Shown: one piece after another, positions 38,462-51,504 of the stretch
Position numbering within the stretch: the stretch's first letter is position 1
Layout: each line of letters opens with the position of its first letter
Notes under the pieces: generated by a model
The model's database searches: none
Told to the model about the DNA's origin: nothing
What the model saw: the letters and a program-made list of their open reading frames with translations, nothing else
Made by a program: the position numbers and the translations under genes
Source: Eledone cirrhosa
Lineage: Eukaryota
Direction of reading: 5' to 3'
Length of the DNA: 64,000 bases
Assembly (NCBI GenBank): GCA_964016885.1
Contig: OZ024752.1
Location: forward strand, 21,452,001 to 21,516,000

Positions 38462-39490
38462 TTATCTCTTTCTCTTAATTTCGAGTATATTTTTTTGACC
38501 GGCCACCTTCCTGGTGGCAAGGTTGTAAAAGAAAAGAAATTGTAATCCCTTGAATCGCAAGAATGTTTTGCAAATTTTGAAGGTGCCAGCTATCGCAGCC
38601 ATTTGTAGACCATGAATTAGGGAGCTGCGCTCTTTGTCTGCAAATCCAAGTTCAGTCATACTTTGGTCCAAGCGGGTTGGTATATAACCCGTAGCTCCAA
38701 TAATGATGGGTATGAAGATAAAGGTGTATCTTGGATACTGGATTTGTAAACTCCTCATCAATGGTCCGTAGATGTCCTCCTTCTCCTGTATTTTTCTGAC
38801 AACGTTTACATCAAGTGGGCAGCTGATCTCCACAACAGAACACGTTTTCAATGTGTGGTCCCAAACAACAATATCAGGCCGGTTGTGCTTTAATTTGGTG
38901 GCAGTTTTTATTTTCAGGTTCCACCAGTATTCCTTAGTGCCATCTGTCTCAATATATTCTTCCTCGTTTGTTGTTAATTTTTTTTCCGAAGTGCGTTCCA
39001 GATGGTTCTAGCTATCCCATCGTGTCTCATGGGGAGGTAGTAGCGAGATGACATTCTTTTGCAGCTGGCAACAATGTGGCTTACATCCTCGATCTTTGTT
39101 TTATAGCCTACATTTATTGTTAGCTGATGGCCCTCCCCTTTTGTGCAGCAGATATTTGGTAGAGAGTTCTTGTTCCTGTATTGCATAGAAATATCCCTCA
39201 AGGTGTGATCTCATAAATTTGTCGGAACTCCATGCCAGGCTTTTTGAGTGGTTTATCCCCTCTATGGTCTGTGTTTTACGTCTCAAGTATCCATGCACAA
39301 CTTTTTCTGTAAATTGGTCAATTTTTTTTCATCTTGTTTGAACATTGAATAGGATCTTCCGATTTCTCTGGGTGAGAGATTTATATCAGGCTTTATTCCA
39401 TATCTCTCTCCCAGATCAGTGGCTATTCTAATGATATATTTTTTTTCATGCTCATAAACCTGGGCAAGATGGTTGCCAACCTTTTTCCTG
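38462..39490 (-). pseudogene. C-terminus (zinc knuckle + RLE) and 3' UTR of an R4/Dong-like element
   Basis: AIQEQEL, CRL..HIVASC..RHD, RPDIVVWD, VVEISCP. The 3' hairpin GCCACC..GGTGGC recurs at ~37322. Confidence 0.85.
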
Positions 39491-39723
39491 TATGTATCTA
39501 TATATATATGTATGTATGTATGTGACTGTGTATTTATGTATGTGTGTATGTATGTATCTATATATATATGTATGTATGTATGTATGTGACTGTGTATTTA
39601 TGTATGTGTGTATGTATGTATCTACATATATATGTATGTATGTAGGTATGTATGTGACTGTGTATTTATGTATGTATGTATGTATGTATGTATGTATGTA
39701 TGTATGTATGTATGTATGTATGT

Positions 39724-40329
39724 CAGGTCACCAGTTGGTGCTACTGGTAACATGTATCCCAGTACAACCTGTCTCATGGTCGGGTCGTTGGCGACTAAAC
39801 TGGCAACCCCACCAAGGTTTCTTGGTGAGGAGGGTGACTTTGGACATCCTGCAGGACTAAAAACAAAACCTGTCAAAGGGCAAAGGTGCTCTTAAGAGTC
39901 AATGGCCATCCAAAATCACCGGGAGAGATGACCCCTTAGCCTTTGTCAAGGCAGAATTCTAGGAGAAGGAAAACTCTGATATAACACCTGCAACCCTGAT
40001 GGTATCCAATGATGTTGACTTGTTCTTCTTTTTGGTAAATATCATCTTGTTTAAGAGAGTGGGACTGGCTTTGTGCAGTGCCTTTGCTCACTATAAAAGC
40101 TTCACGGCACAGGCATTGCTTTATATCTGGAGATCTCTCTGCACTTGTCCTCACATGGTACCATGGGCCCAGCACTATGTGTCAATAATTGTCAGAAGTG
40201 TAGTGTTTGTACCAGAGTTTTCAAGTCGCTGGCTGGACTAAAAAGTCACACTCCTTCAGCGCATCGGTAGGGGTTCTCCTACATGGATATACAGTAGTGG
40301 CCGTACTCGAAAACGAGTTGGCAGCCACC
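39724..40329 (+). mobile_element. ~606-bp non-coding interspersed element in (TATG)n, copy 2
   Basis: See 36640-37245. Confidence 0.8.
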
Positions 40330-40938
40330 ATGTATGTATGTATGTATGTATGTATGTATGTATGTATGTATGTATGTATGTATGTATGTATGTATGTGAC
40401 TGTGTATTTATGTATGTGTGTATGTATGTATCTATATATATATGTATGCATTTATGTATGTATATATGTAAATGAGACCATTGATTGCCTTGTATGCATG
40501 TATGTATATGTGAGTATTGTGTGTGTGTATGTACGTGTGTATATCTGTTATATATTTGTATATATACATATACATGTATAAGTGTATATGTATGATGACT
40601 ATGTGGATATGTTTGTGTGTAGATACATGTGTGTAAATATGTATAATACTGTATGTGTATAATAACATATTCTCATTCATGCTGATATGCCAAAAAAACA
40701 AAACTAAATAAATAAAAACAATACAATTCTACATTTACTCTGATACACACATGGATAGACATACCACACACAACATGCATATATATTCGCCTACACTAGT
40801 ATAACATATATATATACATACATACAGCTATATATATTTTATGCAGCAATGCACATGCACTTATATACACATATATATTTAAAAAAATACAAATATTACA
40901 TATGTATGCACACACACACATATACATACATATATATA

Positions 40939-41012
<74 letters not shown>

Positions 41013-41029
41013 TACATATATATATGTAT

Positions 41030-42985
41030 CATCATCATAATCTTCGTTTAACGTCCATCTTCCAGGCTAGCATGGGTTAGACGGGAGTTGTCCCAATTTG
41101 AGTCAAGGTTGGTCAGGTGACCGTGCCTCGCTCATATAGGACTATCTGGCAGGTTTTCTATGGCTGGATGCCCTTCCTAACACAAACCACATTTACAGTG
41201 TGGAACTGGGAACTTTTTACCGTGTTACCTACACGGCCACATTACAGTGTGGACTGTGTGTTTTTTTTCTCATGACACCTACACGATCTCGATCTCATTA
41301 TCTCATTTATTTGGACTGGATGTTGTGGTATCAACTTTACAGAGAGGGTGGTGTTGGTGAGAGTGGGAGGATAGGGTAGGGGTAGTGGATTGTGGTGTAT
41401 ATTTGGTTAAGAGGTTCCTATTGACTGTAGGTTTCGCTTTGTACATAGGCAAGGCGGGTCTTCTGTATTACTGCGTAGCGCCAAAGATCTCAGTCCAGTG
41501 ACATTAGAGAGGTGCAAGTGTGTAAGGTCAGAATTTATTAGATCGTCCCAGGTTTTTCTGCGTCTACCTACTCTATAACTACCATCAATTTTGATCGCCC
41601 TGCACTTTTTTATACAGCTGTCGTCTTTCATGCGCATCACATGGCCATATACAAGCATCATACAATCTGCCTTTTTTATGGCTTAGTGGTTAGAGCATTG
41701 GCCTTGCAATCGAAAGGTTGTGAGTTCAATTCTCAGACCGGGTGTTGTGTTGTTTCCTTGAGCAAGACACTTTATTTCACATTGCTCCAGTTTACTCAGC
41801 TGTAGAAATGAGATGATAGGGACTGGGGTCCATATCATTCCACTGCAAAGTGGTCGTGGAGGTGCCATGGCAAAAAAGCACCCAGCACTCACTGTAAATG
41901 AGGTTGGTGTTAGGAAGGGCATCCAGCTGTAGAAATCAAGCCAGAATCAGTTCCCGTCCCACCCTTGCAAGCAGGGAAAAGTGGACGTAAAATGATGATG
42001 ATGACGATGATGAAACCTTTTGTGGCCAACAGCGGTATAAGCTCTCTGAACTTTTTCCATCCCGTTCTGACTCTGGCTACTGTACTTTCAGAACACCCTC
42101 CACCACTGCTGATTTCGTCACCCAGGTAACGGAAAGTGTCCACTATTTCTATAGAACCATCTGGGCAATAGAAGGAGCTATTATCCTGTGGGCACTTACG
42201 ACTTATTGCACCTGAGCATCGGCCACATATAAAGTCTATGTTCTTAGATAGTTTACCTGTGATCCCACTACATCTTTTATGTACCCATACTTTGCATTTG
42301 GGACATAAAATGGAATTTCTGCTTTCTCCTTTCCTACACACTGAGCATGGCCATTTCCCTGAGGGCACCTGTGCCCTATTTTCTTTTCTACAAACTAGAA
42401 CTTTAGTCGTAGACAAGTTAACTTTAAGGCCTTTTGATTCTAGGCCATGCTTCCATGTTTCGAATTTCTTCTCTAGTTCAGCCATTGATTCAGCTATGAG
42501 CGTTAGATCATCTGCGTATAGGAGTTCCCATGGGCAGCCGGTCTTGAACTCCTCTGTTATAGCCTGTAGGGCAATAATAAATAGGAGGGGGCTAAGGACA
42601 GAGCCTTGATGAACGCCAACTTTTACACTAAATTCTTCACAATATTCATTGTTAATTCTAACCTTGCTGATTGCTGACTGTTTCATTATACATAGCTTGT
42701 ATAGCTCTCACAAGCCATTCATCTACACCTAGTTTTCTAAGAGCCCACCAGATAATGGAGTGGGGGACTCTGTCAAAGGCTTTCTCCAGGTCTACAACAG
42801 CTAAGTAGAGGGGTTTACTTTTAGCTAGGTACTTCTCTTGTAGTTGTTGTACAAGGAAAAGAGTGTTTGTGGTACTTTTACCTGACACAAACCCAAACTG
42901 CATTTCATCTAGATCAATTCGCTCTCTGATTAGTTGTGCTATAACTCTTTCTGTGACCTTCATGACCTGGTCAACTAACTTAATG
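41030..42985 (-). mobile_element. Decayed RTE LINE with long 3' UTR, interrupted by a SINE
   Basis: [28 protein letters not shown] and PHD-like segment. Confidence 0.92.
41678..42013 (+). mobile_element. tRNA SINE (family of 21673-22003)
   Basis: A/B boxes, shared body and RTE-type tail. Confidence 0.9.
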
Positions 42986-43058
<73 letters not shown>

Positions 43059-43160
43059 TACAATGATACACACTTGCATATATATATATACCTACAAAGA
43101 TAATACATACCATACATAGATAGGTGTGTGTGTATATACACACATATATATATGTATATA

Positions 43161-43211
<51 letters not shown>

Positions 43212-43215
<4 letters not shown>

Positions 43216-43580
43216 AGTTTATGTTGGTTGTATACCAACACCTCAGTATGCAGGCTGGAGCACTCGACGAAGTGCGCAGGTTGGTTTGGTTACTCCGGAG
43301 TAGTGTAAAATAAAGTTAAATAAAAAGTTAAATGATTAAAATTTACCTTCGTTTATTACTGCTATATATATTTCAGTGACAGCCATCTTTGGCTGTGACC
43401 TCTTCAGGCAGTTTGAATTAGTATGGTATAGACAAGTACATATGTTGTTGAGGTGTATAATATTGTCAATACTCTGATATGCCCAGTTCTTGGTTGGGTT
43501 GTTATTTCACTGAGAACTGGGCATATCAGAGTATTGACAATATTATACACCTCAACAACATATGTACTTGTCTATACCAT
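43212..43580 (-). mobile_element. Miniature PLE-end-like insertion with HHR and 68-bp perfect inverted repeat
   Basis: Inverted arms at 43423-43490/43513-43580. (TA)n on the left, RTE sequence on the right. Confidence 0.7.
43358..43412 (-). ncRNA. Type I hammerhead, family F
   Basis: ACTGC-CTGAAGA-G..ACAGCCA/TGGCTGT..T-GAAA-TATATA-TA-GCAGT. Confidence 0.8.
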
Positions 43581-43584
43581 CCAG

Positions 43585-44555
43585 TTCCATCCAGTTCTGA
43601 CTCTAGCTACTGTACTTTCAGAGCACCCTCCCCCACTGCTGATTTTGTCACCCAGGTAACGGAAGCTGTCCACTATTTCTATAGAACCCTCTGCGCAGTT
43701 GAAGGAGCTAGTATTTGTGGGCACTTGCTGCTACTTATTGCACCAGAGCACCGGCCACATGTAAAATCTATGTTCTTAGTTAGCTTACCTGTGATCCCAC
43801 TACATCTTTTATGCACCCATACTTTGCATTTGGGACATAAAATGGAGTTTCTACCTACGCCTTTCCTACACACTGAGCATGGTCATTTCCCAGATGGGAT
43901 CGCCACTTTATTTTCTTTCCTACAAACTAGAACTTTAGTCTTAGCCAGGTTAAATTTAAGGCCTTTTGATTCTAGGCCGTGCTTCCATGTTTGGAATTTC
44001 TTCTCTAGTTCGGTCATTGATTCAGCTATGAGCGTTTGATCATCTGCGTATAGGAGTTCCCATGGGCAGCCGGTCTTGAACTCCTCTGTTATAGCCCGAA
44101 GGGCAATAATAAATAGTAGGGGGCTAAGAACAGAACCCTGATGGACACCAACTTTTACGCTAAACTCTTCACTATATTCGTTGTTAATTCTAACCTTACT
44201 GACTGTTTCTTTATACATGGCTTGTATAGCTCTCACAAGCCATTCGTCAACACCTAGTTTTCTAAGAGACCACCAGATAATGGAACGGGGGACTCTGTCG
44301 AAGGCTTTCTCCAAGTCGACGAAAGCTAAGTATAGGGGTTTACTTTTAGCTAGGTACTTCTCCTGTAGTTGTCGTACAATGAAAAGAGCGTCTGTGGTAC
44401 TTTTGCCTGACACAAACTCGAACTGCATTTCATCTAGATCAATTCTCTCTCTGATTAGTTGCGCTATTACTTTTTCTGTGACCTTCATGACCTGGTCGAT
44501 TAATTTAATGCCTCTATAGTTACTCCTATCTGGGGCATCTCCTTTTCCCTTATAT
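43585..44555 (-). mobile_element. RTE LINE RT fragment
   Basis: [37 protein letters not shown]. Confidence 0.93.
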
Positions 44556-44598
44556 GATGAAACATAAGTCAATTGCATGAACTCATAATCCTTTATTT

Positions 44599-44654
44599 AT
44601 TGCTATATATATTTCGATGATAGCCATTGAATGGCTATGACCTCATCAGGCAGT
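44599..44654 (-). ncRNA. Type I hammerhead, family E (within fragment ~44556-44890)
   Basis: Near-identical to 34638-34693, with one stem I mismatch. Confidence 0.8.
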
Positions 44655-45207
44655 TAGGCAGCTCTTAGATATGCCAGCTCTGTGTTTATAGTGTTGATGG
44701 TATCAGAGCCTTGGGACATATGAGCTTGTTAGGAATAATTTAATGTTGTCAGCAGGAATAGTCTTAATTCTCATTGGTCAGTTTGTAGATGGTAGTAGGG
44801 TTGGTATTTGACCTCAAAGAGACAGGTGGTGTTGTAAAGTTCAAACCGTCGGGCAAGATCACAATAGTTCCATATAACTGATTTTCACAAAAAGCATTCC
44901 TGGTCAGATATATATTCAATTAAGGTTAATAGTATGAAATAGATACTACAGGTCATTCTTAAATTGAGGAATTTATGTGGAGTGGTGCTACTGAAAATTA
45001 TGGTTAGAGTAGAAAATTTACAAATAAAAAGACTTATGTAGGTTGACTTGCGTGTACACTCACACCCACCTCCACAGACACACACACACACATCCACACA
45101 TACACATTGAGGAATTAATGTGGGGTGGTAATACTTAAAATAATGGTTAGAGTCAAATACTTAGATAGTTTAGAAAATTTAGAAATAAATATATATATAT
45201 ATATATA

Positions 45208-45316
45208 TTGTTATACTTTGGGAGGGTCATGTTGCCAATAAGAAACACACGCACCAGTAACAGTTTCAACACACGATTTCAGATAAAGAATCTTGCTAAA
45301 CAAATTCAGAAACGAA
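45208..45316. mobile_element. Minimal PLE family B footprint: inverted pLTR end + tail
   Basis: 45208-45258 matches 29076-29126. 45262-45313 is the reverse complement of ~29020-29070. (TA)n on both sides. Confidence 0.8.
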
Positions 45317-45718
45317 ATATATATATATATATGTATATATAAAGAGAGAGAGAGAGTGGGGGGGGGGGGGGGGGGTGAATCGATAAATAAATAGTTAGAT
45401 ACATACATATAGATACACACATGCATTCATGTATATATATAGCTACATATATAGATATGAGAGTGAGCATGTAAAAAAAAATATATATATATATGAGTAT
45501 AAAACAATAGATGCCTTCCTATTGGTATATCTCTGCAGCCTTTACTGCCTTGAGTAGCAGAATCACTATTGGTTCCTTCTCACTGCAGCAACCAACATAC
45601 TTCACCTCCTCACCTCTGACCTCTCATCTTAAACCACTACTGTCATATCCTAACATTATCCTATCCTTGACCCGTGTGTTGCACTGAAATATAATCACAC
45701 ACACATGCACGTACGCAC

Positions 45719-45780
<62 letters not shown>

Positions 45781-46470
45781 CATCATCATCATCAACATCA
45801 TCATTTTACGTCCGCTTTTCCCTGCTTGCAAGGGTGGGACGGGTCTTATTCAGCACAGCATCTCTCCACTCGTCACGGTCCTTCTTCATCTCCACCGTGA
45901 GCTTCAATGATCTGAGGTCTGTTCTCACCACCTCCGCCCATGTTTTTCGTGGTCTACCTCTACCACGTCTTCCTTCAACTGGCATTTCCTGGCACTTCTT
46001 CACCCATCGGTCATCCTCCATGCGCATCACATGTCCATACCACCTCAGTCTCCTCTCCCATACACTACATTCTATGTCCCTCAGACACAGTTTCTCTCTC
46101 AACACATTCATGTTGGGTCGTTCACACACATTGACATTGCACATCCAACGGAGCATGCTTGCCTTATTTCTCTCCAGCCGTCACATATCCTCTGCAGTTG
46201 CTGCCCATGTCTCACTACCATGCAGCATCGCGCTCCTCACACAGGCAACATATAACTGGCCTTTCGTATGCAGGGAGAAATCCTTCTTCGTCAATAGAGG
46301 AAGCAGCTCTCTAAACTTCTTCCAACCCGTCCTTATTCTAGATACTATGGCCTCGGAACACCCTCCTCCCATGCTAATCTGATCTCCTAGGTACCGGAAG
46401 CTATCCACCACTTCTATAGCGCCCTCCTGCATTTGAAAAATGTGTCTATCAATGCGACTTCTACTGTCTA
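45781..46470 (-). mobile_element. RTE LINE 3' part (same family as 22668-24196)
   Basis: [20 protein letters not shown], tail CCCTTGCAAGCAGGGAAAAGCGGACGTAAAATGATG. Confidence 0.93.
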
Positions 46471-46992
46471 ATCAATGTGTAGTTTCCAGTATGTACTTTG
46501 GGGTTGTACTATGCAGAATGTAATATATCTATACATATAATCCACGCTGTAATGTGGTCCTGTAGGTAATACGGTAAAAAGCTTCCAGTTCAACTGTAAA
46601 TGTGGTTGGTGTTAGGAAGGGCATGCAGCCATAGAAAACCTGCTAGATAGTCCTATACAAGCAAGACATGGTCACCCAACCAATCTTGCTTCAAATGAGA
46701 CAATCCCATCTAACCCATGCTAGCATGGAAGATAGATGTTAAACGATGATGATGATGATGATATATATATATATCAGAGTGGAGGCGGTAAAAACCAGTT
46801 AGACCATTACTCACCAGAGTACTTGATACTTGGGGTTAAAGACGTTTTTATGTACAGATTGTCTGCTCATATATGGACTCTGTCCCCTACCCCCTGAGGA
46901 TGCAAGCTATGTTCCTGCCACCCGAATACCAGCAATTCAGTTCAGATCTAGCTGTTGAAACAGTTGGAGCTCAGCCGTCACGGTCAAAAATT

Positions 46993-47036
<44 letters not shown>

Positions 47037-47039
47037 TTC

Positions 47040-47270
47040 GCTTTTGTATTTGTTTTGCAAGATTTCTTATCTGAAAATGTGTGTTGAAACAGATATTGTT
47101 ATATTTTAGGAGGGTCATGCTGCCAATAAAAAATACACCCACCTATTGGTTTTCACTTCAATGGATTACAAATTTCCAGTGGTGGTTTATTTATTGTCGA
47201 AGCTCTTTAATCACACATTCTGTGACTTCCTCGGTGACTAATTTGTTATTTTGTGAGGAGGTCACAGAAT
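47040..47270 (-). mobile_element. Diverged PLE family B-like pLTR with decayed HHR (47196-47240)
   Basis: Similar to 29020-29280. Core decayed to CCGAGGA..TAAA. Confidence 0.7.
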
Positions 47271-47518
47271 ATCAATCACTGAATCAGGTGGAGGACCTAT
47301 CACATGAAACATTACAATAACACTTGTTAAGGGTTTTGGTTTTAGGTAGAGGGATACTAGATGTAGAAAAACCCAGTTGCAAAGTAATGTAACACAGTGT
47401 GATGTACTGAGGCCTAAGCCATATGAAATTTGAGGCCCTTCTCTAAAAAAATATTATTATTATTTTTATATTAATCTTAATGATAAATAATAATAAAAAT
47501 GATAATTATATATATATA

Positions 47519-47615
47519 CTAGCAGAGGTACCCGGCGTTGCTCGGGTATTAAATAGCAGTTATATATACCATTTATGTCATAATTTTGAGACAGAGCGCC
47601 CGTGATGTTTGCTCT
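47519..47615 (-). mobile_element. Helitron 3' end
   Basis: Minus strand ACCCGAGCAACGCCGGGT hairpin, then CTAG|T. Similar to 34234-34261. Confidence 0.65.
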
Positions 47616-47787
47616 AATATATATATATAAAAGAAATAGGATTTCGTTTCAAGCATAGCTTTATACAATATGTATAAATATTTCGTATCTCCAAAGAAAT
47701 ACGGTTTTAGGAAGCCGTAGCTATGCAAACACCGGGGGGGGGGGGGGCTAATGCCCTCTGGTGATGTCTAGCAGAAGCAAGGGGGAC

Positions 47788-47833
47788 AACCGTCTATGCA
47801 TTTCAGGCTTAACTGGCCTTCGTCAGGACGGTC
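47788..47833 (-). ncRNA. Minimal type I hammerhead (retrozyme)
   Basis: Mirror of 48331-48376. Confidence 0.9.
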
Positions 47834-48330
47834 CCTCCCACCGCTTGCGACTGCTGGACAGAAGACAGGCGAGAATATATACTTTTCTCGTCTATGTAAA
47901 TGAGGTGATTAATCTCATTTGCATATGAAGCTGCATAAATTGGCTCAACTTATAATAGAAAAGAAATATTTTGTATCTCCAAAGAAATACGGTTTTAGGA
48001 AGCTGTAGCTATGCTAACACCAGTTAAGCCTGAAATGCATAGACGGTTGTCCCCCTTGCTTCTGCTGGACATCACCAGAGGGCGTTAGCCCCCCCCCCCT
48101 GGTGTTTGCATAGCTACGGCTTCCTAAAACCGTATTTCTTTAGAAATACGAAATATTTATACATATTGTATAAAGCTATGCTTGAAGCGAAATCCTATTT
48201 CTTTTCTATTATAAGTTGAGCCAACTTATGCAGCTTCATATGCAAATGAGATTAATCACCTCATTTACACAGACGAGAAAAGTATATATTCTCGCCTGTC
48301 TTCTGTCCAGCAGTCGCAAGCGGTGGGAGG

Positions 48331-48376
48331 GACCGTCCTGACGAAGGCCAGTTAAGCCTGAAATGCATAGACGGTT
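48331..48376 (+). ncRNA. Minimal type I hammerhead (retrozyme)
   Basis: GACCGTC-CTGACGA-AGGC-CAGTTAA-GCCT-GAAA-TGCA-TA|GACGGTT. Confidence 0.9.
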
Positions 48377-49635
48377 GTCCCCATTGCTTCTGCTGGACAT
48401 CACCAGAGGGCGTTAGCCCCCCCCCCCCCGGGTGTTTGCATAGCTACGGCTACCTAAAACCGTATTTCTTTGCAGATACGAAATATTTATACATATATAT
48501 ATATATATATCATCATCATCATCACCGTTTATATACGTATATGTATATATAATTTTGATGATTTAATGTTAAAGAATAAAAATTAATGATAAAATAAAAA
48601 TATATTTTTTTAAAATTAGGCTCCCTGGGTGTGTGGCCCTATGCTATAGCTTATTTTTAGCTTATAGGTAAGTCCAGCATAGGTGGTGTGTGGAAACAAT
48701 ATTTCTTAGATTCAATCAGTTCATGATGATTAACATGGAAATATAGAAGATGATTATTATGATGATGTTTACAGCAGCCAGTTTTGCAAATATTTCCTTC
48801 ACTTAAACAGTGGCAATGTCCTCTACATACAACAACAACCACGTAAACATTTTCAATTTGATATCACCATTAGCTATGAATATTGAGTTATGCCATAGAC
48901 ATGGCCACAAATTTGGAGGAAGAGGCTAGTTGATTAAATCAAACCCAGTATTTGATTGGTACTTTAGTTCATTCACACTGGAAGAATGTAAGACACAGCT
49001 GACCTTGGCAGATTTCAGTACAGAATGTGTGTAATATTCAGCAACAAAATAAAGCAAGACATTGTGTCCGATGTTCTAATGATTTTTAACCTCCATCTCC
49101 TTATCATTAACTGTAAATACTATTTTTTAAAAAACAAAAGAAAAAGGAAAAACTATTCCTAAACATTAACGATTTTGGCTGCTGAAGTTGACCTGTAGGA
49201 AAAGTATAGTCCAATATTTGAGTTTTAAGAGTTCTGATGGGGGTTGGCGAAAATGTACCATTGAATTGTTTGGCACTGTCTTGTATTGGCCTTTATCCAA
49301 AACATGAGAATTGTGTTTATATCATATACATGGATGATAAAATGGTGGAATAGTAGGATGGTAGAATGAAGGAATACCACACAATGTTCAGATTGGGTTG
49401 ATAGTAAGGTGGATGGGAGGATGGTAAGATGGTAAGGAATTTCTCTATATCGATTTATTAAAGTATGTTTCTGCCAAACTTCAAAATTATTTTCTGACTG
49501 ACAGGCATCATTATATATATATAATAATAATAATAATAAGAAAAAAACAATGAAATTTCTTATAAACACTCTGCTTGTGCATTGAGTGCTCATATTAGTA
49601 CCACTACCAGCAATTCATTGAATCACCCACACAAT

Positions 49636-50505
49636 CATCATCATCATCATCATCATCATCGTTTAATGTCTATCTTGCATGTTAGATGGGAATTGTCCCA
49701 CTTGAGGCAAGATTGATTGGGTGACAGTGTCTCGCTCGTATAGGACTGTATCTGGCAGGTTTTCTATGTTGCCGTTCACGTATATAACTATTACACATCC
49801 AATGGAGCATGCATGCTTCATTCCTTTCCAATCTGTGCAGGTCTTCTGCACACAATGCCCATGTCTCACTGCCATGTAACATTGCTGTTCATATACAAGC
49901 ATCATACAATCTGCCTTTCATTTTTAGAGAGAAAACTTTTGTGGCCAACAGCGGAATAAGCGCTCTGAACTTTTTCCATCCCGTTCTGACTCTGGCTACT
50001 GTACTTTCAGAGCACCCTCTGCCACTGCTGATTTTGTCACCCAGGTAACGGAAAGTGTCTACTGTTTCTATAGTACCATCTGAGCAGTTGAAGGAGCTAG
50101 TATTCTGTGGGCACTTGCTACTTATTGCACCTGAGCATCAGCCACATATAAAATCTTCATTCTTAGATAGCTTGCCTATGATCCCACTACATCTTTTATG
50201 TATCCATAGTTTGCATTTGGGGCATAGAATGAAATTTCTACCTACTCCTTTCTCAGGGGGAACCTGTGTCCTATTCTCCTTTCTACATACTAGCACTTTA
50301 GTCTTAGACAAGTTAACTTTAAGGCTTTTTGATTCTAGGCCATGCTTCCATGTTTTGAATTTTGTCTCTAGTTCAGTCATAGATTCAGCAATGAGAGTTA
50401 GATCATCTGCATATAGAAGTTCCCATGGCGAGCCGGTCTTAAACTCTTCTGTTATAGCCTGTAGGGCAATAATAAACAGGAGGGGACTAAGGACAGAGAC
50501 TTGAT
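49636..50505 (-). mobile_element. Decayed, internally deleted RTE LINE
   Basis: [19 protein letters not shown]; (ATG)n tail. Confidence 0.9.
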
Positions 50506-50609
50506 ATATATTAATGTAAGTATGCACAGCTGTGCAAGAAATAAAATTCTAATTTTATTTTTATATATATATATATGGATGGCTGGAACAGGTAAAAGAG
50601 TAAAAGAGA

Positions 50610-51312
<703 letters not shown>

Positions 51313-51437
51313 TAGGAGGTGAGTTTTATTGTAGTATAATAAAGCAATGCAGATATCGGATAAGAAGCACTCTACAGTTTGTAGGACTGGAGTATACATA
51401 ATATAAGATCAAAAGATGGTTAAAGGAGTTCCATGTA

Positions 51438-51504
51438 TTTTATTATGCGCATTTCAAAAACAAACATCATCATGCAATAATATTTGTGTTTTCATCAGAT
51501 AAAA
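51438..51504 (-). ncRNA. Type I hammerhead, family G
   Basis: Mirror of 57406-57472. Confidence 0.8.

Larger units (their letters stand above)
47629..48495. mobile_element. Candidate non-LTR retrozyme: 328-nt HHR-containing non-coding unit in tandem and inverted copies
   Basis: Plus arm 48020-48495 (~1.4 units); minus arm 48023-47629. No ORF. (TA)n flanks. Confidence 0.85.

Noticed and set aside
47519-48495. Single DNA transposon/foldback element explaining the inverted repeats
   Set aside because: The repeats resolve into permuted 328-nt HHR units. The Helitron end is separated from them by (TA)n.
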